Shown here in pieces: positions 1-10,929 of a stretch of 32,000 bases of DNA (its first letter is position 1; each line of letters opens with the position of its first letter). Location of the stretch: NCBI RefSeq assembly GCF_003367075.2, contig NZ_CP065936.1, positions 960,001 to 992,000 of the forward strand, read 5' to 3'. The notes below the pieces were generated by a model. The model did not search any database, was not told the origin of the DNA, and saw only the letters and a program-made list of their open reading frames with translations. This DNA comes from Cylindrospermopsis raciborskii Cr2010 (lineage in GTDB: Bacteria; Cyanobacteriota; Cyanobacteriia; Cyanobacteriales; Nostocaceae). The translations under genes were made by a program, and so were the position numbers.

Positions 1-966
1 CACTTGATTATCCAGGTCTGCCAAAATTTTGCTAGTTGCTAATGGTCCAATATCTGTGTCATCTGCTAAAGGATCTCCAATTTTCAAAGTTGCAAATTTT
101 GCCAATAGCATTTCCTCAAATCTATCAGCTATAGCTTCAGCCACAATTAACCGTTTCGCCGCTATACATGACTGACCATTATTGATCAATCTTGCTGTAA
201 CTGCGGTACTAACAGCTAATTCTAAATCCGCACTTTCTAACACTATGAATGGATCGCTTCCCCCTAATTCTAAAACAGTTTTTTTAATATGTTTACCAGA
301 TGCAACTGCTAAGGACACACCCGCTGGTTCACTTCCCGTTAAGGTGGCAGCCTTAATGCGATTATCTCCCATTAAATCTGCTACTTGTGTGGCTGGAATT
401 AATAAGGTTTGAAATACCCCTTGAGGAAAACCAGCACGATTAATAATCTCTTCTATAGATAGGGCGCATTGGGGAACATTAGATGCGTGTTTAAGTAATC
501 CCACATTCCCCGCCATCAGCGCAGGTGCGGCAAACCGAAAAACTTGCCAAAAGGGAAAATTCCAGGGCATTACGGCTAGAATAACCCCCAATGGTTGATA
601 TTTTACCAGACTGCGACTGGCATCGGTGCTAATACTCACGTCGGCCAAGAAGTTGGGTCCATGTTCGGCATAGTAGCGACAGACTAAAGCACATTTTTCC
701 ACCTCAGCGATCGCAGATTTTAGAGTTTTACCCATTTCTAAGGTGATTAATTTCCCCAGATCGGTTTTTTCTCTTTCCAGAATATTGGCAGTTTCCAATA
801 ACCAGTGCGATCGCTCTACAAAGTTTGTATGACGGTAATGTTGAAAAGTCTGACTTGCTAAATGCAGTTTAGCTTCAATTTCCTCATCTTTCAGAGGTAA
901 AAAGACCTTGAGAGTTTCCCCAGTGGTAGGATTAATGGTAGCAATAGCCACTTCCTGACCTCCCAT
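1..966 (-). CDS. NAD(P)-dependent aldehyde dehydrogenase, probably succinate-semialdehyde dehydrogenase; 3' end beyond window start
   Basis: Reverse-strand reading from ATG at 966 gives MGGQEVAIATINPTTGETLKVFLPLKDEEIEAKLHLASQTFQHYR..., and continues into the catalytic/NAD-binding region (...SCIAAKRLIVAEAIADRFEEMLLAKFATLKIGDPLADDTDIGPLA...). Absent from the ORF track, probably because it runs off the edge. Confidence 0.85.
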   Translation of the reverse strand, partial: MGGQEVAIATINPTTGETLKVFLPLKDEEIEAKLHLASQTFQHYRHTNFVERSHWLLETANILEREKTDLGKLITLEMGKTLKSAIAEVEKCALVCRYYAEHGPNFLADVSISTDASRSLVKYQPLGVILAVMPWNFPFWQVFRFAAPALMAGNVGLLKHASNVPQCALSIEEIINRAGFPQGVFQTLLIPATQVADLMGDNRIKAATLTGSEPAGVSLAVASGKHIKKTVLELGGSDPFIVLESADLELAVSTAVTARLINNGQSCIAAKRLIVAEAIADRFEEMLLAKFATLKIGDPLADDTDIGPLATSKILADLDNQV

Positions 967-1156
967 AAAAAATTGCCTTAGGTTTTTTCTTAGTCTGACT
1001 TGACTCTATCACATAATCTAATATGGCAATTGAAAACTAGGAAACATTAATTAAAAATTTAAGTCTAGGTTTAAAAGAGAAATGGTAGATCACAATTAGG
1101 AACTACCATACATAAAACCTGATGGTTTGTTTAATATTAGAAGAATTTGCTTTTTG

Positions 1157-2011
1157 TCACTTCAAGTAATCTACGGGGTTCTTGGCAGTCCATCCCAAAT
1201 CCTCACTAGCACGAACTTCAAAGTGTAAATGTGGTTCCCTGGAACTGGGTTCTCCCGTAGCGCCTACAGTTCCCAACACTTGATTAATCTTAACTTGTTC
1301 ACCCAACTTTACTTTAATAGATTCTAACTGGGCATAACGGGTTTGCATTCCACCTTGATGGTTAATAATAACTAAGTTACCATAGCTACCTTGCTCCTTA
1401 GCAAAGACCACTACACCACTAGCAGTAGCGCGGACAGGAGTGCCCACTTCCGCTAATAAATCAATCCCACTGTGGAAAAAAACTTGATTAGTAATAGGAT
1501 GAATTTGCCAACCATAGGAAAAAGACACACCTGTAGAATTAGATATGGGCGATCCCATAGTGGTGACAGACCCAGCAGACCTAGATGCGGGTTTGACCTT
1601 GGATGAAGAGGGAACAAATACCACCGTAGGATTTTGTTGACAACCGTTCAGTTCAAATAGTGTATCTGGGCGAACCCTATACTTTTTAGCTATTTGTTGC
1701 CAACCCTGACCATTTGATACCTGCACCACCATGCCATCAAAAGGGGGAATTTGTAATTGAGTTCCTGGTGTAACCTGACCATTACTGATTAACGGATTCA
1801 TCTGTAAGATAGTAGCTGGCATTAGCTTATATCTCTCCGCTATAGTAACCAAGTTTTCACCTGGACTAACTTGATGTTTTTTAATGCGAGATAAAGCAGA
1901 AGTTGAACAATTTTCTACAGCACTGACACTTGGCAGGTTTAGGTTTGAGGGTATTAATGCCAAACTAGTGGTCAAGCCAAAAAGAAAAATTGAAGGACAG
2001 CGAAAATTCAT
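1157..2011 (-). CDS. LysM-repeat M23 family metallopeptidase (murein endopeptidase-like), exported
   Basis: N-terminal hydrophobic signal, two LysM-like segments (HQVSPGENLVTIAERY..., VQVSNGQGWQQIAKKY...), and M23 motifs HSGIDLLA and HLHFEVR. Confidence 0.9.
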   Translation of the reverse strand: MNFRCPSIFLFGLTTSLALIPSNLNLPSVSAVENCSTSALSRIKKHQVSPGENLVTIAERYKLMPATILQMNPLISNGQVTPGTQLQIPPFDGMVVQVSNGQGWQQIAKKYRVRPDTLFELNGCQQNPTVVFVPSSSKVKPASRSAGSVTTMGSPISNSTGVSFSYGWQIHPITNQVFFHSGIDLLAEVGTPVRATASGVVVFAKEQGSYGNLVIINHQGGMQTRYAQLESIKVKLGEQVKINQVLGTVGATGEPSSREPHLHFEVRASEDLGWTAKNPVDYLK

Positions 2012-2086
2012 GTCAAGTCCAAAAATTGCTGACTAGACCATTGTAATGGAGAACTGGGTAATGGGACTATCCATTACCCATAAAGG

Positions 2087-3649
2087 TTATAGTTGTTGGG
2101 ACTTTTTATCCACAACTAAACTGGTTTGACTGCTAGCCAATTTTCCAGCTTGTAAAATTGGTGTGTGAGCAACAGAAGTGTTGACTAAGGTAAATAAGGG
2201 ATTAGACAAAATACCAGAGATAGTTGTAGCAATTAGGGTGACTATCAATCCCACTTGTAAAGGTCTAAATCCTGGTAGATCCCACCGCACGGTCGGATAA
2301 TTCTTGACCACATCAGACATTTCTTGAGGTTCTTTCACCACCATCATTTTCACTACCCGAATGTAGTAATAAATGGAAATTACACTGGTGACTAATCCTA
2401 ACAACACTAACCAATATAGACCCGCTTGCCAACCTGCCCAAAATAGGTAAATCTTCCCGAAAAACCCAGCCAGGGGAGGAATCCCACCCAGAGATAATAG
2501 GGAAACACTTAAACCCAGGGTGAGTAAGGGGTCTTTTTGATATAAACCAGAGTACTCCGTAATCTGATCTGTACCTGTTCTCAAAGAGAAAAGAATAATA
2601 CAGGTAAATCCGCACAGATTCATGAACAGATAAACCAGTAAGTAAAATAACATGCTGGAGTAACCCGCATCCGTACCGGCAATTAAGCCAATCATCACAA
2701 AACCAGCTTGAGCAATGGAGGAATAAGCCAACATTCGTTTCATGCTGGTTTGAGCGAGGGCCACAACGTTACCCAAGATCATACTCAGCACGGCCAAAGC
2801 AGTAAACACAAATCTCCACTCTTGTTCTACTAAGGGGAACACTACCGTTAATAAACGGATGGACAAAGCTAAACCTGCTGCTTTGGAACCAACGGATAAA
2901 AAAGCTATGACCGGGGTGGGGGCACCCTCATAAACATCTGGTGTCCATTGGTGGAAGGGTGCAGCAGATATTTTAAACCCAACTCCAGCAATGATGAACA
3001 CTAGAGCAATTACTAAACCTAGGGACTGACCTCCATGAGCTGTAGCAATACCACTGGCGATCGCATTTAATTCAGTTTCGCCTCCTGATAATCCATACAG
3101 AAGGGACATGCCATATAAAAATACAGCCGTGGTAGAGGCACCAATAAGCAGATATTTGAGAGCAGCTTCATTAGAGCGTGGGTCACGCTTAGTATAACCT
3201 GTTAGCAAATAGGAAGAGATACTCAAAGTTTCCAAAGAGATGAAAATCATCACTAATTCACTAGCACCAGAGAGGAACATACCTCCCATAGTGGCAGTCA
3301 ATAGAATAGCGATGAATTCTGACAAAGCCGTACCACTTTGCTCCACATAGCTAATTGACATGAGGATGGTGACAGCAGCAGACAGAGCAATGATTCCGCG
3401 AAATATAATACTGAGGTCATCAGCATTAAACCCACCGGTAAAACCGATAGGATGGGGGGAGTCCCATTGTAACCATAGGGAAAGAATGGCTCCCAGTAAC
3501 CCAGCAACAGCTAGGTAAGCAATCCAGCGATAGGAAGCGCGCCCCAAAATCAAATCCACGATCAAAACCCCCAAGAGGGTGATGATCACAATCCCCTCTG
3601 GTAAAATCGTTCCCGCGTTTAACTGGGATGCAATATTAGCAAAATCCAT
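2087..3649 (-). CDS. ndhB: NAD(P)H-quinone oxidoreductase subunit 2 (NdhB)
   Basis: 520 aa multi-TM protein with characteristic proton-translocating antiporter-like sequence ([35 protein letters not shown]; [15 protein letters not shown]). Confidence 0.93.
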   Translation of the reverse strand: MDFANIASQLNAGTILPEGIVIITLLGVLIVDLILGRASYRWIAYLAVAGLLGAILSLWLQWDSPHPIGFTGGFNADDLSIIFRGIIALSAAVTILMSISYVEQSGTALSEFIAILLTATMGGMFLSGASELVMIFISLETLSISSYLLTGYTKRDPRSNEAALKYLLIGASTTAVFLYGMSLLYGLSGGETELNAIASGIATAHGGQSLGLVIALVFIIAGVGFKISAAPFHQWTPDVYEGAPTPVIAFLSVGSKAAGLALSIRLLTVVFPLVEQEWRFVFTALAVLSMILGNVVALAQTSMKRMLAYSSIAQAGFVMIGLIAGTDAGYSSMLFYLLVYLFMNLCGFTCIILFSLRTGTDQITEYSGLYQKDPLLTLGLSVSLLSLGGIPPLAGFFGKIYLFWAGWQAGLYWLVLLGLVTSVISIYYYIRVVKMMVVKEPQEMSDVVKNYPTVRWDLPGFRPLQVGLIVTLIATTISGILSNPLFTLVNTSVAHTPILQAGKLASSQTSLVVDKKSQQL

Positions 3650-4031
3650 GATATGTATAGGTTTTGGTGATTAGAGATTAAGGCCAACTACTCCAATTCT
3701 ATATATAGTTCATGACCGAATTTGCATTAATCTCTATGTTTTTAACTCTGGTGACTAGAAATTATAGAATTATGGACAGCATGAACCGGGTAAAAGGCAA
3801 AATCAAACTGGAGTGGGAATTTCCCAACTTTATTGGCCAAGCATACCATCTATAAGTTAAAGATGAATAATAGATGTAGACGGCATCCCAGATTGCTCTT
3901 GCCGTTTATACTCATATTTATGGGGTTTATGGGATCTTTACCCGTTTCCTATAGTTTGTGGCAAAATAAAATCAGTGCCAAAATTATCTCAACTTGACTG
4001 TTTAGCTTCAAAGCTATTCTTTGAAATTTCC

Positions 4032-6683
4032 ATGTCAACCCTTGTTATTGTTGAATCTCCAACCAAAGCCCGTACTATTCGGAACTACCTGCCAAAAGAC
4101 TACCAGGTAGAAGCTTCTATGGGTCATGTCCGTGACTTACCTCAGTCTGCTAGTGAAATCCCTGCTACTGTTAAGGGGGAAAAATGGGCTCGGTTTGGGG
4201 TAAATATAGAAGCAGATTTTGAACCAGTATATGTTGTTCTTAAAGATAAAAAGAAAGTCGTCAGTCAACTAAAGGAAGCTTTAAAAACTGCCAATGAGTT
4301 GATTTTAGCAACTGACGAAGACCGGGAAGGTGAAAGTATAAGCTGGCATTTATATCAGTTACTTAAACCTAAAGTGCCTACCAAACGCATGGTATTTCAC
4401 GAAATTACCCAGGAAGCAATTAAAAAGGCTTTAGCCAACTGCAGAACTATTGATGATCAATTAGTCCGCGCTCAGGAAACTAGACGTATCTTAGACCGTC
4501 TGGTGGGATATACTCTCTCTCCTCTGCTATGGAAGAAAATTTCCTGGGGACTTTCTGCGGGTAGAGTTCAATCTGTAGCAGTGCGCCTACTAGTAAATAA
4601 AGAACGTCAACGTCGAGCTTTTCGTGAAGGTACTTATTGGGATTTAAAAGCTAGTCTGTTACAAGCAAAAAGCCCTTTCACCTCGGTGTTAATCACCTTA
4701 GAAGGAACAAAAGTAGCCACGGGTAGTGATTTTGATCCCGCTACAGGACAAATCGCTGCAGGACGTAATGTGGTCCTACTAAATGAGGAGCAGGCTTTAG
4801 CACTCCAGGAACGTTTGGAAGGCAAAACTTGGACTGTGACGGATATAGAAGAACGTCCCGTGATCCGAAAACCCGCTCCACCATTTACTACCTCCACTTT
4901 GCAGCAGGAGTCTAACCGAAAACTACGTTTATCCGCTAGGGATACAATGCGGATCGCCCAAAATCTCTATGAGCAAGGATATATCACCTACATGCGGACA
5001 GATTCTGTACATCTGTCAGAACAGGCGATCGCCGCAGCTAGAGCTTGTGTAACCCAGAAGTATGGTCAGGAATATCTCAGTCCTCAGCCTAGACAATATA
5101 CCACCAAGTCTAAAGGTGCCCAAGAAGCTCATGAGGCAATTCGCCCTGCTGGTAGCACATTTCGCACTCCCCAGGAAACTGGTTTAAGTGGACGAGAATT
5201 TGCGGTTTACGATTTAATTTGGAAGCGTACTATTGCTTCCCAAATGGCTGACTCTCGCCAAATCCAGATTGCTGTTCACCTAAAAGTAGAAGAGGCTGGA
5301 TTCCGCTCTTCTGGTAAACGTATAGATTTTCCTGGCTATCTTCGTGCTTATGTAGAAGGATCGGACGACCCGGAAGCTGCACTGGAAGATCAAGAAGTGA
5401 TATTACCTCCTTTAAAAGTAGGTGATCATCCCCAATGTACAGAATTAGAAGCAGTGGGACATGAAACCCAACCTCCAGCTAGATATACAGAAGCAACTTT
5501 GGTGAAAACTCTAGAAAGTGAAGGGATTGGTCGTCCCAGCACCTACGCCAGTATTATTGGCACCATTGTTGATAAAGGTTATGCTCAACTGGTAAGTAAT
5601 GCGCTAATTCCTACTTTTACTGCCTTTGCTGTTACCAGTTTATTAGAACAACATTTCCCGGAGATTGTGGATCCCAGTTTTACCTCGAAAATGGAGCAAA
5701 CTCTGGATGAAATTGCCACTGGTGAAGCTGAATGGCTACCCTATCTGCGGAAATTCTATTTAGGGGAGAAAGGTTTACAGGCCCTAGTGCAAGAACAAGA
5801 AGATCAAATTGACCCTAGCAAAGCCAAAACCGTAGAATTAGAAAACCTTAACGCCAAGGTTCGCATTGGCAAGTTTGGTCCATTTATTGAGGTAGAAAAT
5901 GAAGGAGGGATAGTAACAGCGTCTATTCCTAAAGACATTACACCAGCGGATTTAGACCCTGAGCAGGTGGATATGCTACTGCGACAAAAAACCGTGGGAC
6001 CAGATCAGTTGGGAACACACCCAGATACAGGTGAACCCATTTACCTGAAAATTGGCACCTATGGACCCTATATCCAATTAGGAGATAAAACCGACGAAAA
6101 TCCCAAACCAAAACAAGCTTCCCTTCCTAAAGGTGTTACCCAAGAAAACCTCACTTTGGATATGGCTGTGGGTTTATTGTCATTGCCTCGACACTTAGGA
6201 GAGCATCCAGAAACGGGAGCAAAAATTCAAGCTAGTTTAGGCAAGTTTGGACCTTATGTAGTTCATGATCAGGGGAAAGATGGTAAAGATTACCGCTCAC
6301 TAAAGGTGGGTGATGATGTGTTGACAATTTCTCTAGAACGCGCATTGGAATTATTAGCAGAACCCAAAAAAGCCAGAAGTTCAAGAAATAGTAAATCCAA
6401 GACTGCTCTACGAGAATTAGGTTTACATCCGGAAGATGATGCACCTGTGAATATTTATAACGGTGAATACGGTTATTATATTAATCACGGTAAAACCAAC
6501 GTCGGTCTACCGGAAGGTCAAACAGTAGAAAGTGTTACTCTCAGCCAAGCTCTAGAATTGTTAAAAGCTAAAACCTCTAGTAAGTCCAGGAGTAAAACTA
6601 CTAGCACAACCAAGAAATCAACTACTGCGAAAACCAAGTCAACCACCACAAAATCCACCAGTAGGAGCCAAAAGAAAGGCTAG
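4032..6683 (+). CDS. topA: DNA topoisomerase I
   Basis: [21 protein letters not shown] start (Toprim), catalytic region [18 protein letters not shown], several C-terminal repeats, K/S/T-rich tail. The ORF track starts at 3975; ATG 4032 matches the conserved N terminus better. Confidence 0.95.
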   Translation: MSTLVIVESPTKARTIRNYLPKDYQVEASMGHVRDLPQSASEIPATVKGEKWARFGVNIEADFEPVYVVLKDKKKVVSQLKEALKTANELILATDEDREGESISWHLYQLLKPKVPTKRMVFHEITQEAIKKALANCRTIDDQLVRAQETRRILDRLVGYTLSPLLWKKISWGLSAGRVQSVAVRLLVNKERQRRAFREGTYWDLKASLLQAKSPFTSVLITLEGTKVATGSDFDPATGQIAAGRNVVLLNEEQALALQERLEGKTWTVTDIEERPVIRKPAPPFTTSTLQQESNRKLRLSARDTMRIAQNLYEQGYITYMRTDSVHLSEQAIAAARACVTQKYGQEYLSPQPRQYTTKSKGAQEAHEAIRPAGSTFRTPQETGLSGREFAVYDLIWKRTIASQMADSRQIQIAVHLKVEEAGFRSSGKRIDFPGYLRAYVEGSDDPEAALEDQEVILPPLKVGDHPQCTELEAVGHETQPPARYTEATLVKTLESEGIGRPSTYASIIGTIVDKGYAQLVSNALIPTFTAFAVTSLLEQHFPEIVDPSFTSKMEQTLDEIATGEAEWLPYLRKFYLGEKGLQALVQEQEDQIDPSKAKTVELENLNAKVRIGKFGPFIEVENEGGIVTASIPKDITPADLDPEQVDMLLRQKTVGPDQLGTHPDTGEPIYLKIGTYGPYIQLGDKTDENPKPKQASLPKGVTQENLTLDMAVGLLSLPRHLGEHPETGAKIQASLGKFGPYVVHDQGKDGKDYRSLKVGDDVLTISLERALELLAEPKKARSSRNSKSKTALRELGLHPEDDAPVNIYNGEYGYYINHGKTNVGLPEGQTVESVTLSQALELLKAKTSSKSRSKTTSTTKKSTTAKTKSTTTKSTSRSQKKG

Positions 6684-6794
6684 ATCTTGACAACTAAGGT
6701 AAAAACATAGTATGTTAAGGAAAGTTTCCATTTCCCAACTGTTATCATAAATCACAAATGGGGATGGGGAAGTATCTCAGGAGTGTTCAGTTAA

Positions 6795-6932
6795 ATGGAC
6801 TATATAGAAAAGGTACTGGAAAAGCTTAAAGAATTAGCCCGGAAGTTGGTAGAAGCACTACTAGGTCCGGAAGTGGAACCCGAGGGGGAACTCATCCCTA
6901 TTCCAGTGCACGAACGCCCACGAGGTCGTTAA
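6795..6932 (+). CDS. 45-aa small hypothetical protein immediately upstream of aroQ
   Basis: Translation from ATG 6795: MDYIEKVLEKLKELARKLVEALLGPEVEPEGELIPIPVHERPRGR*. Its TAA overlaps the next ATG (TAATG) by 1 nt. Below the ORF-track length cutoff. Confidence 0.55.
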   Translation: MDYIEKVLEKLKELARKLVEALLGPEVEPEGELIPIPVHERPRGR

Positions 6933-7405
6933 TGACCGGAATACATGGCTCTAACTTTTATGCCAGTGTTTTAGTGCTGCATGGACCCAATCTTAATCTC
7001 CTAGGACAGCGAGAACCGGGTGTTTACGGTTCTCAGAGCCTAGAAGAGATAAACTCCCTCCTCGCAGCAGAAGCTGTAAGATTGGGTGTGAAGGTTACTC
7101 CCTTCCAGTCTAATCACGAAGGAGTGCTAATAGATAATATCCATGCTGCCACAAAACAGCACCAAGGCATAGTAATTAATGCGGGTGCCTACACCCATAC
7201 TAGTGTGGCTATTAGAGATGCGATCGCCGGTGTTAATTTACCTGCGGTGGAGGTTCATCTAAGTAATATTTATCGCCGAGAGGATTTTCGTCATCATTCC
7301 TACATAGCTCCAGTGGTGATTGGACAAATTAGTGGATTTGGCGTTCAGAGTTATATATTAGGTTTACAAGCACTGGTGCATTATCTCAGAAAGAATGAGA
7401 TTTAA
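6932..7405 (+). CDS. aroQ: Type II 3-dehydroquinate dehydratase
   Basis: LVLHGPNLNLLGQREPGVYG, FQSNHEGVLIDNIHAA, INAGAYTHTSVAIRDAI and VEVHLSNIYRREDFRHHS motifs. Confidence 0.95.
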   Translation: MTGIHGSNFYASVLVLHGPNLNLLGQREPGVYGSQSLEEINSLLAAEAVRLGVKVTPFQSNHEGVLIDNIHAATKQHQGIVINAGAYTHTSVAIRDAIAGVNLPAVEVHLSNIYRREDFRHHSYIAPVVIGQISGFGVQSYILGLQALVHYLRKNEI

Positions 7406-8252
7406 TCATATCATGCGTTATTCTCTAAGGAGTCGAGTTAGGGGTATTTTTTTGGGGATGCTGCTAGGCGAAACTTTAACTAATCAGGAATCGGTCAGTT
7501 TGGGGGAAATTGCAGTTTCAGGTAGTCAGAGTTTGATTAAGTGGGGTAGATTGGAAATAGAGGAATGGTGGGAGAATTACCAAAACACCACAAGTACAGC
7601 GGGAATAATTGTCATAGCTGCACTACCCCTAGCCATTTTTTACCATGAAGATCCAGACAAGTTCAAAGAAAATCTACAGCAATTCCTCAAACTTGGCAAT
7701 GCGGATCCAGAAGAAAGAGATAACGCTTTAGCTTGGGGATATGTCCTAATCAAATGTCTAACAGAAACATTAAACACTGTTACTCTGATTCCTGAAACAA
7801 TTGATTTTTTAGGAAATACAACCTCTCCTCTCCCAGAAAGCTTATTAAAACTAAATAACTTGTTAAAGCAACAAGCAGGAATAGTACGAATGGGGGCGGA
7901 GTTTAACTTGCAGGAAAATATCAGTCACAATATGGCCCTTTCCCTTTATTGCTTTTTGAGTAGTGTGGAAGATTTCAAATTAAGCCTTTTGCGAAGTAAT
8001 AAACAAGCTCAAATTTTCAACTGCTATTGTAGTGTGCTCACAGGGGTGATGTCGGGAGCATACAACAGCGTACAGGGAATTCCAGTGAACTGGAAAATTT
8101 TACTATCCCTAAAACCGGGAATGGACAATCTTTCTCAAATAGAAGAACTAACAGACAACCTGGTAAGATTGTGGTCAGGTGCATATAACGTCAATATACA
8201 ACTTGCTCCTCATTCCATATTTGCCGCACCACATCTAATTCGAGCAAGGTGA
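7395..8252 (+). CDS. Hypothetical protein, possibly a divergent ADP-ribosylglycohydrolase-like fold protein
   Basis: N-terminal SRVRGIFLGMLLGE and later ALPLAIFYHED / TGVMSGAYNSVQGIP resemble ADP-ribosylglycohydrolase family spacing; metal-ligand acidic motifs not evident. Overlaps the aroQ 3' end by 11 nt. Confidence 0.45.
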   Translation: MRFNHIMRYSLRSRVRGIFLGMLLGETLTNQESVSLGEIAVSGSQSLIKWGRLEIEEWWENYQNTTSTAGIIVIAALPLAIFYHEDPDKFKENLQQFLKLGNADPEERDNALAWGYVLIKCLTETLNTVTLIPETIDFLGNTTSPLPESLLKLNNLLKQQAGIVRMGAEFNLQENISHNMALSLYCFLSSVEDFKLSLLRSNKQAQIFNCYCSVLTGVMSGAYNSVQGIPVNWKILLSLKPGMDNLSQIEELTDNLVRLWSGAYNVNIQLAPHSIFAAPHLIRAR

Positions 8253-8258
8253 TTCTTG

Positions 8259-9368
8259 TCAAATCAAAACCAGGTTATCCCTATGAACAACGGTTTCTAT
8301 ACCCCCGTAACCTAAAATATCTTCAATATCCTGGGAATGACAACCGCGAATTTTTTCCAACTCTTGACTGTTATAGTTAACCAATCCCCTGGCAATCTCA
8401 TTACCTTGAAGATCACATAATTGCACCGCGTCTTGACTGTCAAATTCCCCCTCTACCATTTTAATTCCTGCTGGTAATAAGGATTTTCCACCGCGAGAAA
8501 TGGCTATAACTGCTCCCTCATCCAAGTATAACTTTCCTACTGGAACTAAACCATAAGCTATCCACCTTTTTCTAGCGGAAGTTGGTTCTGGTTGAGGTGC
8601 AAAGTGAGTTCCTATTTGCTCTCCCGCGATAATTTTTTCTATGTCATGGGGAAAACGTCCTTGGGTAATTACCGTGCGCACCCCCCCCACCATAGCAATC
8701 CGAGCAGCAGATATTTTTGTCATCATCCCCCCTGTGCCCCATGGTGAACCCTGTCCCCCTGCTTGAATCTTCAGATCCTCCAGTTCTCTGGTGTTACTAA
8801 TTAGGCTAATCGGTTGAGCATTGCGTACTTTCCTTGGATCAGCTGAATATAACCGATCAACATCTGTTAGCAAAAATAGCCAGTCTGCTTCTACTAAACT
8901 GGCAACCAAAGCTGAAAGAGTGTCGTTATCGCCAAATTTTAATTCCTCTACTGCTACCGTGTCATTTTCATTGACTATGGGAATTACTCCTAGTCCTAAT
9001 AACTCTTGAAATGTATTATAGGCATTTAAATATCGGCTACGTTCTACTAAATCCGCCCGGGTTAATAATACTTGGGCTATGGGTTGTTCTAAGGTGGTAA
9101 ATAGGTCATCATAAATACGCATGAGACGACCCTGTCCTACCGCAGCTACAGCTTGTTTTAAGGCCATGGCTTTAGGTCTTTCTGTTAGTCCGAGTCGGGC
9201 ACAACCTACACCCACAGCACCCGAAGAAACTAAAATCACCTTGTGCCCTTGCTGTCTTAAACGACAGAGGGTTTCTGTGAGGGTAGCAATGGTGGAAAGG
9301 GCTAATTTCCCAGTTTCCGCTTGAGTGAGGCTAGAAGTGCCTATTTTAACTACTATTGTCTCCGTCAT
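8259..9368 (-). CDS. proB: Glutamate 5-kinase with C-terminal PUA domain
   Basis: [13 protein letters not shown]..., [61 protein letters not shown]. Confidence 0.95.
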   Translation of the reverse strand: MTETIVVKIGTSSLTQAETGKLALSTIATLTETLCRLRQQGHKVILVSSGAVGVGCARLGLTERPKAMALKQAVAAVGQGRLMRIYDDLFTTLEQPIAQVLLTRADLVERSRYLNAYNTFQELLGLGVIPIVNENDTVAVEELKFGDNDTLSALVASLVEADWLFLLTDVDRLYSADPRKVRNAQPISLISNTRELEDLKIQAGGQGSPWGTGGMMTKISAARIAMVGGVRTVITQGRFPHDIEKIIAGEQIGTHFAPQPEPTSARKRWIAYGLVPVGKLYLDEGAVIAISRGGKSLLPAGIKMVEGEFDSQDAVQLCDLQGNEIARGLVNYNSQELEKIRGCHSQDIEDILGYGGIETVVHRDNLVLI

Positions 9369-9379
9369 CTGTGATCAGC

Positions 9380-9425
9380 AAAAAGTTGCACAACGTCTTT
9401 CCCTCTATGGTGAAGGAAGACGTTG
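9380..9425 (-). terminator. Candidate intrinsic terminator downstream of the YqeG-like gene
   Basis: On the minus strand: CAACGTCTTCC-ttcaccatagag-GGAAAGACGTTG (one bulged base), then tgcaacTTTTTG. Lies in the gap between the 9562-10101 gene and proB. Confidence 0.55.
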
Positions 9426-9561
9426 CACGATTTTATATTTACTTATGATTATTTAGGGCTTTATTTTTTTGCCCCATGTTATTGATAATTATCCTCCCCG
9501 ATTTTTTTCCTGATCTAAAATTCCTTAATTATTTCTTTAGATTTAGTTTTGTTTCGCTTTA

Positions 9562-10101
9562 TCAATTTTTGTGAACTTTTGTGTGCTTAGGTCTAATAGA
9601 AGCTCCCAGAATCTCCGAGATCCAAACTTCTACATTGCGAATAGAATAACCACGCAAAACAGTACCCTCATGAACCATAGGTTCCACCAGGATAGTAAAC
9701 ATTCCCAAACGGTTACCAGCAACTACATCAGTAAACAGGCGATCGCCTACCATAGCAACCTGATTAGCAGACAAGTTCATTTCTCGTAGTGCTGCTCTAA
9801 TTTTACGTCGTGAAGGTTTGGCCGCGCCTAGGTAGTAAGGTAAATTTAAAGACTTAGCAATAGAGCTAATGCGGGGTTGACTCAAATTATTACTAACCAA
9901 CCATAATGCTGCATATTGTCTTATTTCCATGACCCACCGTTCTAATTCTGGGGAGACAGAGTTAGCAGTTATAGGTACTAGAGTATCATCAACATCTAAA
10001 ATGAGTCCTTTGAGTCCATATTGTTGAATGATATCCGGTGTCAGATTTAAAATCGGACCGTGTAAGATCAAATCTGGTTGTAAGATTTCACTCCAAATCA
10101 T
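9562..10101 (-). CDS. YqeG family HAD-superfamily (IIIA-type) phosphatase
   Basis: GLILDVDDTLVP (DxDxT), LWLVSNN, and MVGDRLFTDVVAGNRLGMFTILVEP motifs. Confidence 0.85.
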   Translation of the reverse strand: MIWSEILQPDLILHGPILNLTPDIIQQYGLKGLILDVDDTLVPITANSVSPELERWVMEIRQYAALWLVSNNLSQPRISSIAKSLNLPYYLGAAKPSRRKIRAALREMNLSANQVAMVGDRLFTDVVAGNRLGMFTILVEPMVHEGTVLRGYSIRNVEVWISEILGASIRPKHTKVHKN

Positions 10102-10158
10102 GGCTTCCTCAAATGAGTGGACTAGGAAAATATAGCTCGAGCTTAGATATGCTAAAGC

Positions 10159-10206
10159 CTAACTGGGGAAGCCTCAAATGGGCTGATTTTAGTTTTCCCC
10201 AGTTAG
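10159..10206. terminator. 12-bp perfect inverted repeat between two minus-strand genes (candidate transcription-termination or RNA structure)
   Basis: CTAACTGGGGAA (10159-10170) / TTCCCCAGTTAG (10195-10206), 24-nt loop, directly 3' of the stop of the 10208-10807 gene; no strong T tract. Confidence 0.45.
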
Positions 10207-10207
10207 A

Positions 10208-10807
10208 CTATTCGACTGTATCAAACAGATATTCTTCTAAAAGGGGCTGAACCTGATTGAACTCCTCTGGGGAAAGCAGCTGGGGTTTACCACTCTGAGT
10301 TTTTCTAGCAAAAAATAGGAGTGGATCAATAGGTGTATAGATTTCGTACTCTTGGTCTTCGTAATAAAAATTGGTCAGCAGTTGTAATTGCTCTGGTTCC
10401 GTCTCTTGTTCTTCCTCACCCTCAACTTCTAGGGTCAAGATCTCAGATTCTTCCACTGGTGGTAGCTCACCAGTTACAGTCAAAGCGTAAGCAGTGTTTT
10501 TTAAAGTTAAATTCTGCTCAGATAAGACAGCCTGAGCAGTGCTGAAAATCCGATCAATTGTTTGATCATCGTCTACTAAAGTTGCTTCTTCTTCGTCTCC
10601 ATAACCCTCCCAGGCAAAAATTTGTATAGGAGAGTCCACAGGTAAAAGCAAAATATACTCTTGACCTTCTATCTCAAAGGAATTCTCTATATAACATTCG
10701 AGCGATCGCCCTTTTTCATCTGTTAAAGTAATCAAATCAGCATCAGTACGGTCATTTTCTTCGGAAAAGTCAGAGGAATACATAGTTACACAATCTAAAT
10801 TTATCAA
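10208..10807 (-). CDS. DUF3727-like domain-containing protein
   Basis: DADLITLTDEKGRSLECYIENSFEIEGQEYILLLPVDSPIQIFAWEG..., acidic protein typical of the cyanobacterial DUF3727 family, recognised by eye. Confidence 0.6.
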   Translation of the reverse strand: MINLDCVTMYSSDFSEENDRTDADLITLTDEKGRSLECYIENSFEIEGQEYILLLPVDSPIQIFAWEGYGDEEEATLVDDDQTIDRIFSTAQAVLSEQNLTLKNTAYALTVTGELPPVEESEILTLEVEGEEEQETEPEQLQLLTNFYYEDQEYEIYTPIDPLLFFARKTQSGKPQLLSPEEFNQVQPLLEEYLFDTVE

Positions 10808-10929
10808 TACTCAAATGCACCAGAATCATTCAACTATATGACAAGCCAAAAAGCCGAATACAGTATTGAGTAATAGTCTTGAGGATATCACCTTTAAAGG
10901 TACTAGAACAAGAAAAAATCACCCAGAGG

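Noticed and set aside
1081-1108. 7-bp inverted repeat ATGGTAG/CTACCAT upstream of the M23 peptidase region
   Set aside because: Short arms in AT-rich intergenic DNA; expected often by chance.
6550-6683. K/S/T-rich repetitive tail of TopA as a novel domain
   Set aside because: Lysine-rich low-complexity C-terminal tails are common in bacterial topoisomerase I proteins and give little evidence of novelty.
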